Shown in pieces: positions 63,589 to 64,000 of a stretch of 64,000 nucleotides of DNA. The stretch's first letter is position 1, and each line of letters starts with the position of its first letter. The position numbers were made by a program, and so were the translations under genes. Source of the stretch: a virus. Taxonomy: Duplodnaviria; Caudoviricetes. The stretch is taken from the IMG/VR virus record IMGVR_UViG_3300022074_005559. One strand, 5' to 3'. The notes beneath the pieces are model-generated. The model did no database searches, had not been told where the DNA came from, and saw only the letters and a program-made list of their open reading frames with translations.

Positions 63589-64000
63589 CTTTGACTCTCT
63601 GTATGTTTTCCTCACTAATAGGAAACTCTGGTAAAACTTTCTGCAAGTATTCTAAATGCAGTAAAGGTGTAGGATGATGGTCAACACGTTCCCATAACCT
63701 AAACTTCGTGATTTCCTCTAGGGTTTCTGCATTCATTTTGTCTAATAAAAAACTGGTACTACGGCTGTGACGATCGATGTTTCCTTGTTCTAAATCTTGT
63801 ATTGTAGGCAGTATACTGTCCTCAGGATTTTGATCGTAAAAATAGTTATCTGGAACATATAACTGTTCATACCAACTGCGATCCTTTACAAGCTCACTGC
63901 GTCTGTTATACCAGTTTCCTTTGTAAACAACATCCAACATGCTAGGACGAACTTGATCAAAAAACCTTTGATATTTACGTTTATATAGACTTACTGTGTC
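63563..64000 (-). CDS. Hypothetical protein, possibly SGNH-like; 5'-truncated by the window edge
   Basis: The frame is open from 64000 (DTVSLYKRKYQRFFDQVRPSMLDV...); C-terminal DHHPTPLLHLEYL. Confidence 0.5.
   Translation of the reverse strand, partial: DTVSLYKRKYQRFFDQVRPSMLDVVYKGNWYNRRSELVKDRSWYEQLYVPDNYFYDQNPEDSILPTIQDLEQGNIDRHSRSTSFLLDKMNAETLEEITKFRLWERVDHHPTPLLHLEYLQKVLPEFPISEENIQRVKDEDSALPK

Noticed and set aside
63972-63977. TAAATA late promoter for the last minus-strand ORF
   Set aside because: The frame is open to the window edge, so the motif lies within coding sequence.
1-64000. Stop-codon reassignment, as in some large phages
   Set aside because: Core genes are full length in the standard code, and TAG/TGA terminate genes at expected ends (e.g. 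gp47 and gp21 end in TAG).

Overview
A 64-kb segment of a large T4-like myophage genome (about 40% GC, standard genetic code, very dense coding, GGAG-type Shine-Dalgarno sites). It holds the late sigma factor gp55 (5'-truncated), gp47/gp46 (Mre11/Rad50), baseplate-hub chaperones, a tape-measure-like gene and the head module (gp20, gp21, gp22, gp23). It also holds a ~16-kb cluster of mosaic fibre/baseplate proteins, neck genes (gp13/14/15), sheath and tube (gp18/19), gp4, terminase (probable gp16, gp17), candidate internal head proteins, and gp32/uvsX/uvsY. Accessory enzymes are scattered throughout: two methyltransferases, a radical SAM enzyme, 2OG-Fe(II) oxygenases, SGNH hydrolases, two phosphoribosyltransferases including apt, a NUDIX hydrolase, an S8 protease and glycosyltransferase-like genes. 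I found no tRNA, CRISPR array, integrase or reverse transcriptase. The strongest unexplained signals are: (1) a ~340-nt ORF-free, GC-enriched, hairpin- and pseudoknot-rich region directly behind a compact GIY-YIG nuclease gene (candidate nuclease-ncRNA system); (2) a T TTT TTC slippery site that would fuse the gp26-like chaperone to a start-less downstream ORF by -1 frameshifting, as in lambda G/GT; (3) a late-expression grammar of TAAATA promoters, apparently leaderless mRNAs, and anti-SD stems that straddle late promoters; (4) candidate protease-matured internal head proteins, including a polyprotein-like 834-aa ORF and a circularly permuted LysM. All family calls come from motif recognition by eye; no database search was run.
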